Assembly: GCF_009914755.1 (NCBI RefSeq)
Contig: NC_060937.1
Source of the DNA: the human T2T-CHM13v2.0 reference genome, Homo sapiens
DNA length: 64,000 bases
Reading direction: 5' to 3' (one strand)
The translations under genes and the position numbers were made by a program. Every line of letters begins with the position of its first letter. Position 1 is the first letter of the stretch. Shown in pieces: positions 1-12,789 of this stretch. The notes under the pieces were generated by a model. The model saw nothing but the letters and a program-made list of their open reading frames with translations, was not told the DNA's origin and searched no databases.

Positions 1-91
1 TGTGAAACTGTGTGTCTAGTAAACCTTTTTTCTTTATAAATTAGCCAGTCTCGGTATGTCTTTATTAGCAGCATGAGAACAGGCTAATGCA
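1..91 (+). mobile_element. 3' end of THE1/MST (ERVL-MaLR) LTR
   Basis: TAAACCT..TTTATAAATTAGCCAGTCTCGGTATGTCTTTATTAGCAGCATGAGAACAGGCTAATGCA matches the THE1/MSTA 3' terminus. Confidence 0.85.
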
Positions 92-256
92 ACTTTCTTC
101 CTCTGTATGTTAGCCTCAGATAATCTATACGCACACACACCCTCCCTTATCCTCAAAGATAGTCTTCATTAAAGAAACTAAACTTGTAGCATCGCCTCAG
201 AAGTTTTCATAATCAGTAATGACATGTTTTTGGTAGACTGTTACATTAACAGTTTT

Positions 257-630
257 CATGTATAGTCCTTACCCACATTGATTCTGAGCCGGAGCATATG
301 ACTTGTTTCAATCAATGAGCTATTACAATCGTGATACAAGCAGAGACTTAAAGTGCCTGTGCATTTGGCCTTGCTTTCTCTTGCTTTTGGGAACCCTTTT
401 GTCTTGGTGTGGAAAATTAAAAAACAAACAAACAAAGAAAAACAAACAAAAAAAACAACCAGGGCTAGTATATTAAAGGGTAACAAAGGATATGGAGAGA
501 GAGGTCCCAGACATCTCCTCCATCCTAGCTGAGGTCCAAATGTATGATTGAGCACAGTGAAACCCAGCCTAAATTGCTGATCCACAGAATCATGAGAAAA
601 TAAATGATTGTTTCAAGCTGCTAAGTTAAA
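257..630 (+). mobile_element. MLT1 (F/G/H-like) MaLR LTR
   Basis: CATATGACTTGTTTC..CAAGCAGAGACTTAAAGTGC.. and 3' CCCAGCCTAAATTGCTGATCCACAGAATCATGAGAAAATAAATG..TTTCAAGCTGCTAAGTT. Confidence 0.7.
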
Positions 631-1657
631 CATTACTTTAAACTAGAGTAGATCAGACCAGACACTATGTGATAGAAGCAATATGTGATACACACAAGGG
701 GATTTCTTTTTCATTCACCCAATATTTTAGGGTGTTTATACTTTGTGGGGTGCCAGGAAGTGGTAGTCGAAAATACTTTGCAATCATGAGACTAAAATAC
801 TTCAGATTTCCTTGCTCAGTCTATAGAGATATTGATTTAAGACATTGCTAAATGAGAAGTCAATTATGGCTTTCCTGCTTCTCAGATATTTTGTTAGCTT
901 TGGTGACCCCCCAAGATGTACATCTTAGGAGAAGCCACAGTCCTCTACACCATTTTGAAAATTGCATATAGTTCATATTTTTTCTTCATTCTTTCCTGCC
1001 TTGAGGACCATCCCGTTGCCCATTGTGCCAACTTAGCTTGACTCTATCTAAATGCAAAAAGCAGTCCCTTATTTTTCTCCTGCACAAGTTCACATACTAC
1101 AGTCATTTCTTGATTTTTAATAACTGTAGTAAAGATCTGGGGTAGTTGGGAAGGATTATATTTAGGAGCAGAGTGTCTTTAAGCAGTTAGGTTGGTTCCA
1201 ATGCCTCATTGAACTTTTCTCTTTCTTCCCATTCTTCCCTTCTTTCTTCCTGGTAAATGTCAAATATCTTTTACTGTAATCCCCAAGATCTAATTTTTCA
1301 TTGACAATCACATATACTATTACCTTAAACAAGAAACTGATGATTGTTATTGTAAAACATTTTCTCACTTGTTTCATAAGCCCATATACTAGTTTGAAAC
1401 TATTCTTATCAGCCAAGGTAGAAATAGCTTTAGCTAGAGCAAGTCATTTAACAAAACAAAATGAATAGACAGACTAGAGATGAAATAAGGGCAAGAATCC
1501 CAAGGGCCAAAGTCATTGCTACTCAAAGTAAGAAAAATGGGAATAACTGCAAGATACTTGTTTTTCTCCCTCCGAGACGGGAGCCAATTAAGTGCATTGG
1601 CAGTGGGTTTTTGTTAGAGAGGAATAATTTAAAATTTGGCCTACTTGGGAGTCTTTT

Positions 1658-1928
1658 TTTTTTTTTTTTTTGAAGGAGTTTCTCTCTGTCTCCAGACCAG
1701 AGTGCAGTGGCGTGATCTCTGTTCGCTGCAATCTCCACCTCTCAGGTTCAAGCGATTCTCCTGCCTCAGCCCCGCGAGTAGCTGAGACTACAGGCGTGTG
1801 CCACCACGCCCAGCTAATTTTTGTATTTTTAGTAGAGATGGCATTTCACCATGTTGATCAGGATGGTCTCGATTTCTTGACCTCGTGATCCGCCTGCCTC
1901 GGCCTCCCAAAGTGCTTGGATTACAGGC
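1658..1928 (-). mobile_element. AluSc-like, 5'-truncated by ~20 nt, 11-bp TSD
   Basis: Poly-T then both Alu arms; GGATGGTCTCGATTTCTTGACCTCGTGATCC (Sc-type); GGGAGTCTTTT at 1647-1657 and 1929-1939. Confidence 0.95.
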
Positions 1929-2029
1929 GGGAGTCTTTTATAAAGTCTATTCTTCTGATTCATTTGTGACAATCCTTAATTATTCTATGTGTTTTCATTG
2001 GGACAATTAGTAAAAGCATAGAACACAAT

Positions 2030-2445
2030 GGGTCACACTGGTAGACAAAGGGTCCAGGATGAGCCAATAAGAAATCTCCTGGGATATGTTGCTCAGGTTG
2101 AACCAATCAGAGATCTCCCTGGAGCTTTTCGCTAAAGCTAGGTAGCAAGACTGTTTACTATTTTTGGAATGTAGACCTACATGTGTTAGCTTGAGGCTCA
2201 GCAGCCATCTTTCACATTACATTGAGATAGCCTTATTTTGTCAGGGAAGAAAGAGGCCAGCAAGTAAAAAGATGTAGAGTTAAGAAAACTGTGAAAGCTG
2301 ATATTTGGGAGGCAACGGTGATCAAGATCATTATTTCAGTCGAGATGCCATTTGGATGTCCCCAGCATGTGATTCGATGAAACCTCAGCTTTGTAAAAGC
2401 TAGAATGAATAGGTTCTGTAATTTACTAACAAAAGAGTACTGGCT
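2030..2445 (+). mobile_element. Old MLT1 (K/L-like) LTR
   Basis: CCAATCAGAGATCTCCCTGG, GCAGCCATCTT core and 3' GGTTCTGTAATTTACTAACAAAAGAGT-type end. Confidence 0.5.
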
Positions 2446-2951
2446 TGTAGCCATAGACAGTTTATATTTATTAAATTGAATCAAGGAAAAAAAAAGTCTA
2501 TGGACAAAGAAATAAAAAACACGAGGGATGCCTACTGTATCAAGTACCTAAGAAGTGGGTTCAAAGTATGTATACCAATCACTCTAAGGCTAGACAACAT
2601 GACCTGACTGCTTGTGCAACCCTAGTAGTTTATAAGCTGAAATCCACCTCAGGTCAAAGTTTACGTAACTTGGTATTGCTTCCAATTCACACAGTATTGG
2701 GCAGGCTCACTTCCAATTAGAATTACAGAGTTTGCCATCATATTCTCAAAGAATGAATTTAGGAAAGAAAACTTCAAGATCAGGCTTCAGTTAATACATA
2801 TTTGAGTGAAAACCAAGAGCAATAATTTCTGACAATTTTAAAAATTATGTCTCTGTCTATTGATCCCCATTCCCAACTCATTATTTGCTATTTCATTAAA
2901 AAATTATTTTTTTGTATGTATCAATGGTTATCATTTACAGAAATAGTAGCA

Positions 2952-3341
2952 TGCGTTAGTCACCATTTGCTGCACCAATGAACAAGTCCAAGTTCTCAGT
3001 GGCTTCTAACTGCAAACATTGGTTTCTGGCTCATGTCACATTACAGCCGTACCCCTTTAGGAGCTTGGCTGGCTGCTGTTGAATTTAGCTGGGCTCTATT
3101 AGGCTTGACTAGGCTTGGCTAAATTTACCTGTGCTCAGTTGAGTTCTGCTCTTGGTTTGGCTCCACATCTGCTCACATTTCATTAGTCAAAGCAAGTCAG
3201 ATGACTATGCCCAAAACCAGTGGAGTAGGCCAGCATTTTCTGCCTAGAGGTAAGGTGCTACAAAGTTCCATGGCAAAGGTGTGGATATATAAACCACTTA
3301 CAAAGAAAACAAAAAATGATGGAAACAATAATCTAACCTAC
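2952..3341 (-). mobile_element. MLT1 (H/I-like) LTR
   Basis: TCTCAGTGGCTT..CATTAGTCAAAGCAAGTCAGATG..CATGGCAAAGGTGTGGAT..AATAATCTAACCTACA. Confidence 0.65.
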
Positions 3342-4671
3342 AACAGAACTGAAAGTTTGGGAGGGTGACACATTAGATCCACATTTACAGATTCAAGGAA
3401 CATCAAGTATTAGCAGCTAGATTTCTAACCAATTTTTCTACCTATAGATAGAAGGAGCAAGTGAATAGGGAGTTATTCCTATTCACATGAAGTCGCCACA
3501 ACATTTCCACTAAAAGATGTCACATGTTCTCCAAAGCTGTTTCCCAAGATAGTCCAAGTTAGTCCCAGGAAGGAGATCTTTAACTGCATTAATCTGTTCA
3601 TGTTTATAATCTTACACATGCTCATAATCTGTCTTTTCTCTTAAGTTATTCAATATCTTAAACAAATCATTCTGCACACCTGCTATTCGCTAACACTACT
3701 GTCAATTTCAGTGCAGCAATAGACAATGAGTAGAATAAAATAAGTTTTTGGAAGAGTAGGCATTTTGAAGTAGACAAGCAGACCCCTGTGGAATCAGAGC
3801 AGCCATTTCTTGCTTACTTGATGATTTAAAAAAATGTGTGTTAAAATTGTTTAGAAGAAACATCGAAATATTCCAAGATTTTTATTTTCAAAACAACTCA
3901 AAGCACAGTTTCCTTCTAGGGATTTGAATAGTTTTGAGTCTTATACAAAGAGTTTTATTCACTGAATTTTATTTTTCTCATCTAAACTGAGATTTACCTG
4001 TAGGAAAATGTCATAATAGCCTTCAAAAGTTAACTCAGGTGAAACATAAAAATAAAAGCTTCCTTTCTCTCCTGATCTCATATCCCAGCCCTACTTTATT
4101 CTTCTCCTTTTCCATCAGTCACTCAGACTTCAATGGAAAAGTCACTGAGGATCAAATAATCCAGCTGTTGTTTTCAGCTTTCTCTATTTTAATGTTTATT
4201 TTCCAAATCATTTCCTATTTTTCTACTAAAAATATCCTGCCAAATCATTATTTTTTCTGGAGCAAATCTAATGCTTTCTGTTGCTAGATATCTGATCCAA
4301 ATCCAATATTTTTCTTGGCAGTTGGTGAACATAATAATAAGTAGGGATTTTTTTTTTCTTTCCACACTTAGAGCTGGGGGAAAAGAAAGACACTATTCAC
4401 AATTAAAACCATTTAAATATTGAGGTTAGTTCTCACCTTAGCACACATTCACAAATACTTCTTAAAGGGAGAACATGTTAAAAGAAGTTTCTATGCTTTT
4501 AATATATATTTGCAGATAGGTTTCTAGTTCTTAATGCACATTATTTTGAATACACATTGGGAGTGTGATTTAGTTAATGCCATCCTTTACAAAGCTTGAT
4601 TTTTTTCACTTTACTTTTAAAATCTTTGTCAAAATGATAGTATGCATATAGGAAACAAAAAGTTCAGAACC

Positions 4672-5061
4672 TGTATTAGTCTGCTCTTGCAGTGCTATAA
4701 AGAAATACCTGAGACTGGGTAATTTATAAAGAAAAGAGGTTTAATTGGCTCACAGTTCTGCAGGCTGTACAGGAGGCATGATTGGTGGTGGGGGAGGCTT
4801 AGGAAACTTACAATCATGGTGGAAGGAGAAGGGGAAGCAGGCACATCTTACAGGACCCAAGCAGGAGGAAGAGAGAGTTGGGGGTGGTGCTATATACTTA
4901 ACAACCAGATCTTGCCACAACTAACTCACTATCACAAGAACAGCACTAGAGGAGAAATATTCCCCCATGATCCATTCATCTCCCACCAGGCTTCACGTCC
5001 AACATTGGGGATTACAATTTGACATGAGACTTGGTCAGGGACACAGAACCAAACCATATCA
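4672..5061 (-). mobile_element. MSTA/MSTB solo LTR
   Basis: TGTATTAGTC..CTGAGACTGGGTAATTTATAAAGAAAAGAGGTTTAATTGGCTCACAGTTCTGCAGGCTGTACAGG..CAAACCATATCA, both termini present. Confidence 0.92.
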
Positions 5062-6639
5062 GAAGTAATAACAATAAAATCACTTCGTCTCACTGCTATT
5101 TCAATTATTTAACCGATTTTTAAATGATTTCTGATTTTATTTATTGATTTTCTTCATAAAATTACACAACAGTCTTCTATATTGATTTGTAGATTTACTA
5201 ATTTTAGATCCTATTTGTGGCCAAATAAAGGAAGATTTAGATAACTCGGACTATCCCTGCCTCCTCCTCCTAATTTCTAATAGATTTATTGTTTTGCTTT
5301 TCTGAAATTTTGGTTTTTCAAGACTTCCAGAAATGTTCTTCCTCCTCCATAATAAATAAAATGTCTTGATTCCCTCAAGTTATCTTTCTTGAGGATGTTT
5401 ATCTGTTTACTCTGCCCTTAACCATTTATTTCTTCTTCCATTTCCCAATTTCTGTCCACTAGCCATTTATATCTACATTATCAAGAAAGTGAACTTTTTC
5501 CTTTTAGCTCTGATTAATTATCAAGTTTTGTTTATAACAGTATGTCATAAAGTCAGGAAACATAGCATAGTAGTCGTCTTTGTTATAAGATCGACAGTCC
5601 CAAATGGCAATGTAGAATAATCTTATTTTTAAAGAGTGTATCAGTTCCATTTGCAAATAATGTGCCCAAAATGCTTTTACTCTACACTTAGGCATATTTT
5701 TTGGTAAAGTACCTCTGCATTTAAAGCAATGGTCCCATCATTAATTACCTAAACCTCGAAATGTTGGGACACACAGGAAAGTATTTTTGTATAAAATTTT
5801 ATTTTCAGGTTAACAATGGTGTCTTTTTTTCACATTAGCAGTAATGCTGTTTTCATCGCCATGGCTTTACATTTAGAGAAACTCACCTGAAGAAAATTTA
5901 GATGAATTTGTTATTTTGGAGCCCAGCACTTAATATTAGATGCCTTAAGTCACTTTACAACTATTACTAAAATAGTTTTAGAAAAAAACCTCAAAAAAAA
6001 AAAAAAAACTGAACACACCGACATAACATAAAACCCTGTTGCAAAATTATTGGTTAATTAAAATAAATTGGAAAGAATGAATTTTTAGTAGAGAGTCTAC
6101 ACAAATCTAGTGAGAAATAGTTTATTAGATGCCAAAATATAATTTTCTGCTCAATTCTAAAGTTCATATTTTGTTCCAACCCAAACATAACTTGATTCTC
6201 CATGTCAAAATATGTTTATGACAGAGAACACAAATGTAAGTTCAAGTAAAAGTATTAGAGAGAAATAAATTATTCCTAGGTTAATATATCAATTTTAGTA
6301 TGCATTTATTTGGTACATAACAGAGAACAAATCTCCAAAGAAATAAAAAAGACATCAATTAAAATTAAATTTGAAGTTATTTTTTAGCCACAAGCGTAAG
6401 TTATCTGCAAAAAAGCTCTTAAACTGATTTCAATCATTTAGTCTTTCAGGAAATACTTACTACAAAGAAAAAATGTCCAGAAATCTCTGCCTACATGTAC
6501 TTTATGAGACAAATAATTATAAGTAAATAAAAATATAATATGTCAGATGGTGATAAATGTGAGGAAAATATAAATTAGGAGAGTGGATATTGAGACAGAG
6601 AAAGGGGTACACTTTGAAATGTGGTGAGAGAAGGTATTA

Positions 6640-7280
6640 TAGAAGTCCCCATTACCCACAGTTTCACTTTCTATAGTTTCAGTTACCATAGTCAACCACA
6701 GTCTCAAAATATTAAAAGAAAAATTTCCAAAATAAACTATTTATAAGTTTTAAATCGTGCACCATTCTGAGTAGCATGATGAAATCTCAAACCATCTCGA
6801 GCCATCCTGCCTGAGACAGGAGTGAGTCCTCCCTTTTCCAGCACATGACACTGTGTGCACTACCTACTTGTTAGTCATTTAATAGCCATCTTTCTTATAA
6901 GACTACCTGTCCCATATGGCAGTGCTTGTGTTTGAGGTCAATTGCAGCCTACTGTATTCCACAATGCCTACATTATTGACCTCACTTTATCTCATCACAC
7001 AGGACTTGTATAATCTCACATGATAACAAGAAAAAAAAAGCGTGAATAGATTATAAGATATTTTGAGAGAAAGAGAAAAATTACATTTGCATAACTTTCA
7101 ATACTATATATAGTTATAATTTTTCCACTTTATTATTATCTCTTACTATGTTAAATTTATAAATTGAACTTTATCATAGGTGAGCATATATAGGATAAAA
7201 AACATAGGGATCAGTATTATCTGTCGTTTCAGGCATCCACTGGGGTCTTGGAATGTGTCCCCCTTGTATACATATCACTG
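6640..7280 (+). mobile_element. MER44/Tigger7-derived DNA transposon (TcMar-Tigger)
   Basis: AGTCCCC..GTTTCAGTTACC..GTCAACCACAGTCTCAAAATATTAAA..CATTCTGAGTAGCATGATGAAATCTC..TTTCAGGCATCCACTGGGGTCTTGGAATGTGTCCCCC..ACTG; TA flanks. Confidence 0.88.
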
Positions 7281-8480
7281 TATTTGATAAGAGACATTTG
7301 AAAAAATTCCTGAAGAACATGATGAAGTGAGTTAAAGTGTGTGAGGGAGAAGGAACAGAGAGTGTGAAGGCCCTGAGGCAGACTCCTGTCCAACTTGTTT
7401 AAAGAAAGGTAAGATCAGGGTAGCTGGAAGAAAGAGGAGAAGTCAAATGCACATTGTGGCAGCTTGGGTTTTCCCCTCATTAAATATTTCTCACCTCATT
7501 AATGCAGGCTATGTACAGCATTATCAAGAGTAACTTGTAGGGCATTGTGAGGACTTCACTTTCCCTCTAAGTAAGATAAAAAGCCATTGGCAGTTCTGAG
7601 CAGAGGAGGGAAGTGGTTTGCCTTTCATATTAAAAGGTTTGCTCCAGCTCTTCTGTTACGAATAGGTTCTTAAAAGTGGAAGATGAATTCTGAGGCCAAT
7701 TAGAAGATCATTGCAGTAGTCAAAATGAGAGATGCTGATAACTTGCGTCAGAGTGGCTGCGTCTGAGATGGTGATAAATGGTTGGATTCTGCATATATTT
7801 TGAAGGTAGAGCTAGCATGATTTCCTGATAGATTAAATTGAGGCAGAGAAAGAACACTCCATAATGACTTAAATTTATTGGCATGAACAGCTAGAATAAC
7901 AGAAATGGCCATTTTCTTAGATGAGAGAGATTGTGAAAGAGTCCCCTAATGCCCAGTCTGGACAGATAAATCAGGTCTTAAGTTTTGGTTGTGTTAATAT
8001 GGAGATGTCTTCTATCAAACTGCAATAATGTTGGCAAATAGACAATTAGATATATAATTCTAAAGTTCAGAGGAGTAGTCCAGGCTGGGAGCATCAGTTC
8101 ATGAATACTTAAAACCACAAGAAATAATGAGAGCACCAAGGAGATGCACCTAAGTAAACGAGAGAAACGCTCTGGATCACTGCAAATGTTCAAGGTCAGG
8201 GAGGAGACTAGTGAGGAAAAGGGAAGTAGGAGTATGTGGTGTCTGGGAAAACAATTGCGGACAATGTTTAATGAGGAAGGAGCAATCAACTGTGTCAAAC
8301 ACAATTTAATTGATGGTCAGTAATAGGAATTCAAGCTTTGGGTTTAGTAAGATTTGGCCACCGGTTACTTTGACAAGGGTATTTTCAGTAAAGTAGTTAA
8401 GATAATAACTTTATTAGAATTAGTTTAAAAAGAAAATAGGGCAAAGCCGACTGGCTTATAGAAATTGTAAATGACTTTTT

Positions 8481-8767
8481 ATTTGAGACACAGTTTCGCT
8501 CTTTTTGTCCAAGCTGGAGTGCAATGGCGCGAATCTCAGCTCCCTGCAACCTCCGCCTCCCTGGTTCAAGCGCTTCTCCTGCCTCAGCCTCCTGAGTAGC
8601 TGGGATTACAGGCGCCTGCCACCACGCCCGGGTAATTTTTTGTATTTTTAGTAGAGACCGGGGTTTCACCATGTTGGCCAGGATGGTTTTGATCTCTTGA
8701 CCTCGTGATCCGCCCACCTCGGCCTCCCAAAGTGCTTGATTACAGGCGTGAGCCACCGCGCCCGGCC
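8481..8767 (-). mobile_element. AluS, full length, ~21-bp TSD, very short tail
   Basis: Complete Alu ending GCGCCCGGCC; AGAAATTGTAAATGACTTTTT at 8460-8480 and 8768-8788. Confidence 0.96.
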
Positions 8768-9242
8768 AGAAATTGTAAATGACTTTTTTTAAGGAACTTT
8801 GCTGTAAAGAAAAGCAAAGAAGTAGGATAGTAGCTGGAGGAGGGTGGAAGGTCAAGAGAGATTTGGGGTTTTAGGCTGAAATTTCAGTATGTTTTAATTC
8901 TAGTAGAAATAATCCAATAAAGAGGGAAAATATACAAGATTATACAGAACAGAGATGGGAAGACTGCTGAAGCAATGCTCCTGGAGAAGTCAAAAGGAGA
9001 TAGGATTTACTGCATCAGGGACATCTTCATATGAATAAATATTATGAAATATAAGGATAAAGAGCAGTAGAGTCTGAAATATGAATGATCCAGACAGGAG
9101 CAGATTAGAGAGTCAGGTGAATCTTCAGTTCACCATAATGGTTTAGATTTGCTGCTTTGTAGTAGAGAGTAGATATGTATCCACACCCACTTTGTTATAT
9201 TATTTCTAGATGAATTTCTTGTGGCGAGGTTAATATCCTGGG

Positions 9243-9283
9243 ATATATTATATATACACACTATGCATATACATATATATGCA

Positions 9284-9323
<40 letters not shown>

Positions 9324-9367
9324 CTCCATCCCCCCTTGGATACATACCACTGAAATTTAGAGGAGAC

Positions 9368-9431
<64 letters not shown>

Positions 9432-9518
9432 GTGTGTATATATATTATATATATATGTGTGTGTATATATATATATACACACATATATATACACACATAT
9501 ATATATATGTATATATAA
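9243..9518. repeat. Compound (TA)n/(TG)n/(CA)n microsatellite
   Basis: Directly visible alternating dinucleotide blocks. Confidence 0.97.
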
Positions 9519-9629
9519 TTGTCAATGTGGAATTTTGCTGCAATTCTTCTTAACTGGGCCTCTTTTCAATTCATGCAACTCAATTTATAAATGGCTCTTT
9601 AAAACTCTCTTTTATATAGAGTTAAATAT

Positions 9630-10001
9630 TGCTATGGACTGAATGTTTGTGTCCCTCCAGAATGCATATGTTGAAGCCCTACTCCCCAGTGTGATAATAT
9701 TTGGAGGTGAGGTCTTTGGGAGGTAATTTTATTTAGATGAGGGCGTGAGGGTAGAACCTTCATGATGGGATTAGTGCCCTTATAAGAAGATAAAGGGACC
9801 AGAGCTCTCTCTCTCTCTTCTATGTGAGGACACAGCAAGAAAGCAGTCATCTGTGAACCAGGAAGAGGGCTGTCACCAAGAACCCAATCATACTGGCACC
9901 CTGGTATCAGATTTCCAGCTTCCAGAACTGTCAGAAATAAATGTTTGTTGTTTAAATCACCCTATGGTATTTTGTTACAGCAACTCCAACGGACTAAGAT
10001 A
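9630..10001 (+). mobile_element. MLT1A/MLT1A0 solo LTR
   Basis: TGCTATGGACTGAATGTTTGTGTCCC..GATGGGATTAGTGCCCTTATAAGAAGA..CCAGAACTGTCAGAAATAAATG..GGACTAAGATA. Confidence 0.92.
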
Positions 10002-10183
10002 AAAATGTCTCATGAAATACAATAAAGGGTCTTAACCTGTGACACTGTGGAACGTCATTATGATGACATGATGTGCCACGCTGTTGTCATGTTGAGCAAG
10101 TAGGCTCCTATCCACTGATGGTCTACGTTATTGAATATTGGACAAGGGTTCAGGACAAGCAACTCAGGGACTGAATTTTCAAA

Positions 10184-10203
10184 GTGTGTGTGTGTGTGTG
10201 TGT
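10184..10203. repeat. (GT)10 microsatellite
   Basis: Directly visible. Confidence 0.9.
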
Positions 10204-10979
10204 ATGCTATTCCATATATTAATGTACAGAAGGTGAAAGATTCTCACTCCTCACTTTCCTCATCTGTCATGTGCCATAAGGAACTTTTCTATAGATCGGA
10301 GTTTTCACAGAATCCTCAGAAGAATGAGCTAAGTTTCATATCCACTCTCTGTCATTAACTAAATAGAGAATCTAAACGTCAGGAAAATAGAGGTTTTCTG
10401 TGAGAGTGAATAAACTTGAATGAATACAGACAGCAAACAAATTTCCTGAAATGGCAGAAGTTAGGGAAATCTTAAATTAGTAAATTTTTCGACATTCTGA
10501 ATGAATGCTGAACGATACTTGGAATATAATTATTGTCTACGTTAGGAAGACTCCAGGAAATTTTTCACACTAAGTTAACAAGAGAAAAAAAATCTAGTGA
10601 TGCAATTTAAGCAGGAAGACCCCACAATTTTTCCAAGTTGCAGTAATTACACAATTTGTTTTTCTTCTTTTTTGGATAATAGGATAAATATTTCATCAAA
10701 CACATATGAAGCCCTTATTCTGTGTCAGACCCCGGAGATTCACAAATGAAAAGTGGCCGCTATCCTCAAGTCATCTCCATTTTGGTGAGGAAAGAATGTA
10801 AAAAGATTCTCTCCCTCATGTTTAACAAGGAAGAGCAGAGTTGGGCAAAGTGAGTGCTTAGAGCCAAGAGGGACGAGGAATATGAAAGGTGCAATCTCTG
10901 TAAAACTTAAGATCAGTGTGAAGATACAAGCTCTTTTTAAGAGATGGTCCCAATCCTCCCCTCACCTCCTGCAAAAGCT

Positions 10980-11044
10980 AGGATGTGTATAACCAGGTAT
11001 TATGGGTATTATGGCAAGGATGTGTATAACCAGGTATTATGGCA
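10980..11044. repeat. Complex 26-bp direct duplication with 11-bp templated insert
   Basis: AGGATGTGTATAACCAGGTATTATGG at 10980-11005 and 11017-11042 separated by GTATTATGGCA. Confidence 0.93.
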
Positions 11045-11094
11045 GAGAACACTTCGCTTATTCAAAGTAGGCCAGATCGATTGGGGAGCATCTG

Positions 11095-11659
11095 CCAATG
11101 GTTCTCCATTTCTCTCACAGGATAAAAGCCAAAGTCCCTGCAGCGGCTTACAAGGTCCTTTAGAATCTGGCATCAGTTACACTCTGACCTAAACTCCTCC
11201 TAGCTCCATTCACTCTGTGCCAGCCACCCTGGCTTCCTGCTGCCAAGTCTCCCATGGACACTCCTGGGTTAGGGCCTGTGCCATCTGCTCCTCCCTGGAA
11301 GTCTCTTGCCCCAGATTATCTAAGAGGCTCCCTCCCTCACCTGCCACAAGGCTTTGGTCAAGTACCTTTGCCATGAGCCCAGACATTTTTCAATTGCAGC
11401 AACTCTCCGTGTCCCACTCCAGAACCTCCTATGCTGTTCCATTCACGTTTTAACCTACTATATCATCTGTAATCTCTTAAAGTGATTCAACTTACTATCA
11501 TAATTTAAATTATGATTGTTTATATGTGCCTCATTTCCTTAGATTGTAAACTACACGAAGATAGCAGTTTCTGTTGAGTTTATTTGTTGGTGTACCCCAG
11601 CGCTTAGTGCAATGTCAAGCACATGATAGGACTTAGTAAATGTGTTTAATGAATGAATG
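11095..11659 (+). mobile_element. L2a 3' end
   Basis: GGATAAAAGCCAAAGTCC..CCAGCCACCCTGGCTTCCTGCTG..GATTGTAAACT..GCACATGATAGGACTTAGTAAATGTGTTTAATGAATGAATG. Confidence 0.85.
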
Positions 11660-11987
11660 CTGTAAAACCTTTTCTTCTGCAATCTGATGTTGGTTGGCAA
11701 GGAACTCATGCTCCTGCTAGGCATATGACCAATGCCACCAGGTGTTGCTGATGTTGTTTAATCACAATGCATTTAAAAGTGTAGGTCATGCAATAACCAG
11801 AGGTGCAGGACCAATGCCAAAACCTTATCATACTGCTATGGGAAATGTGCAGTGATAACTAACATGTACTTGTTACAACAGTCAGTGAGCACAAAAGTAC
11901 ATTTATCATGTTTACTACAAGTATTTTTTCTCACTGCATTAATTTATAACTGATAGGAAAGAACAGTCAGATGGAATACACAATATA

Positions 11988-12115
11988 ATTCATACATACA
12001 TTCAGCAGATTTTTGAATACCAAGTAGGCATCAAACCTTGTTTTGGCATAAGGAAGAGAAAGGTGAGTAATACTTATAAAGATCATGTTATCATGGTATT
12101 TACATTCTAGTGGGT
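11988..12115 (-). mobile_element. L2 3' fragment
   Basis: TTCATACATACATTCAGCAGATTTTTGAATACC..TCATGGTATTTACATTCTAGTGGG. Confidence 0.6.
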
Positions 12116-12789
12116 TCTATGTTCTCTTTTGCTCTTGATATTGTGAAAGACATTGTCGTGCCAATTTTCAAGGACAGGTTCTGAGATCATGCATTCAGAA
12201 AACCATATAAAAGACAATGATAGCAAAAACCTCAACGGGTGTGAGTAATAAGCAAGATGGTGTTTAGTAAAAATTAAACAATGTTGTGAGCTGCTCAGGA
12301 TTTCCTTCCATACCTGCTATTCACATCAGTCCCGATCTCAGAACAGGACTTAGTCTATAAGACAAAGGAAAGTAGAGACACCTGCTGGAGTGACAGGGTG
12401 AGGAAGCAGGAAGGAGACTGTGACAAAGACTGGCATTTCTTCTAAGGTCACGCAGAGAAAACCATCAGAATTGTGAATAGACAAGAAAGTTATGCCTGCT
12501 AATCAAGTGCTTTAATAATTGGATATTCCTAGTCCTTTTATTATGAAATATAAAAGGGTAATAAAGAACAATTTAATATTTGGAGTATTTAATTCAAAAT
12601 TATTAAGTGTTAATTGAAAATCCATTATTTTTAGCTACTAATGATTAAAGCAATTATAGGAGAGTTCAGTCTCCATTACAACATATTTTTGGGGTGAAAT
12701 ATCCTAAAAAGGCATTCTCCTTTTTCAAGAAATTAAGCCTCCTATATAAATTTGAAAACAAATAATCAGGCTTCAAGAATTGCTATCAT

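Larger units (their letters stand above)
6490..9030 (-). mobile_element. L2 (L2a-like) relic interrupted by MER44 and an Alu
   Basis: Purine-rich antisense L2 motifs: ATGTCAGATGGTGATAAATG, GAAGGCCCTGAGGCA, GAGATGGTGATAAATGGTTGGATTCTGCATATATTTTGAAGGTAGAGC. Confidence 0.75.

Noticed and set aside
8397-8855. 152-aa ORF, the longest in the track (likewise ORFs at 1670, 21659, 22532, 31415, 41601, 50243, 52594)
   Set aside because: Translations of Alu sequence (e.g. [18 protein letters not shown]); not genes
9130-9642. Four overlapping ORFs rich in Y/I/H/T/C/V
   Set aside because: Artefacts of stop-free dinucleotide repeats
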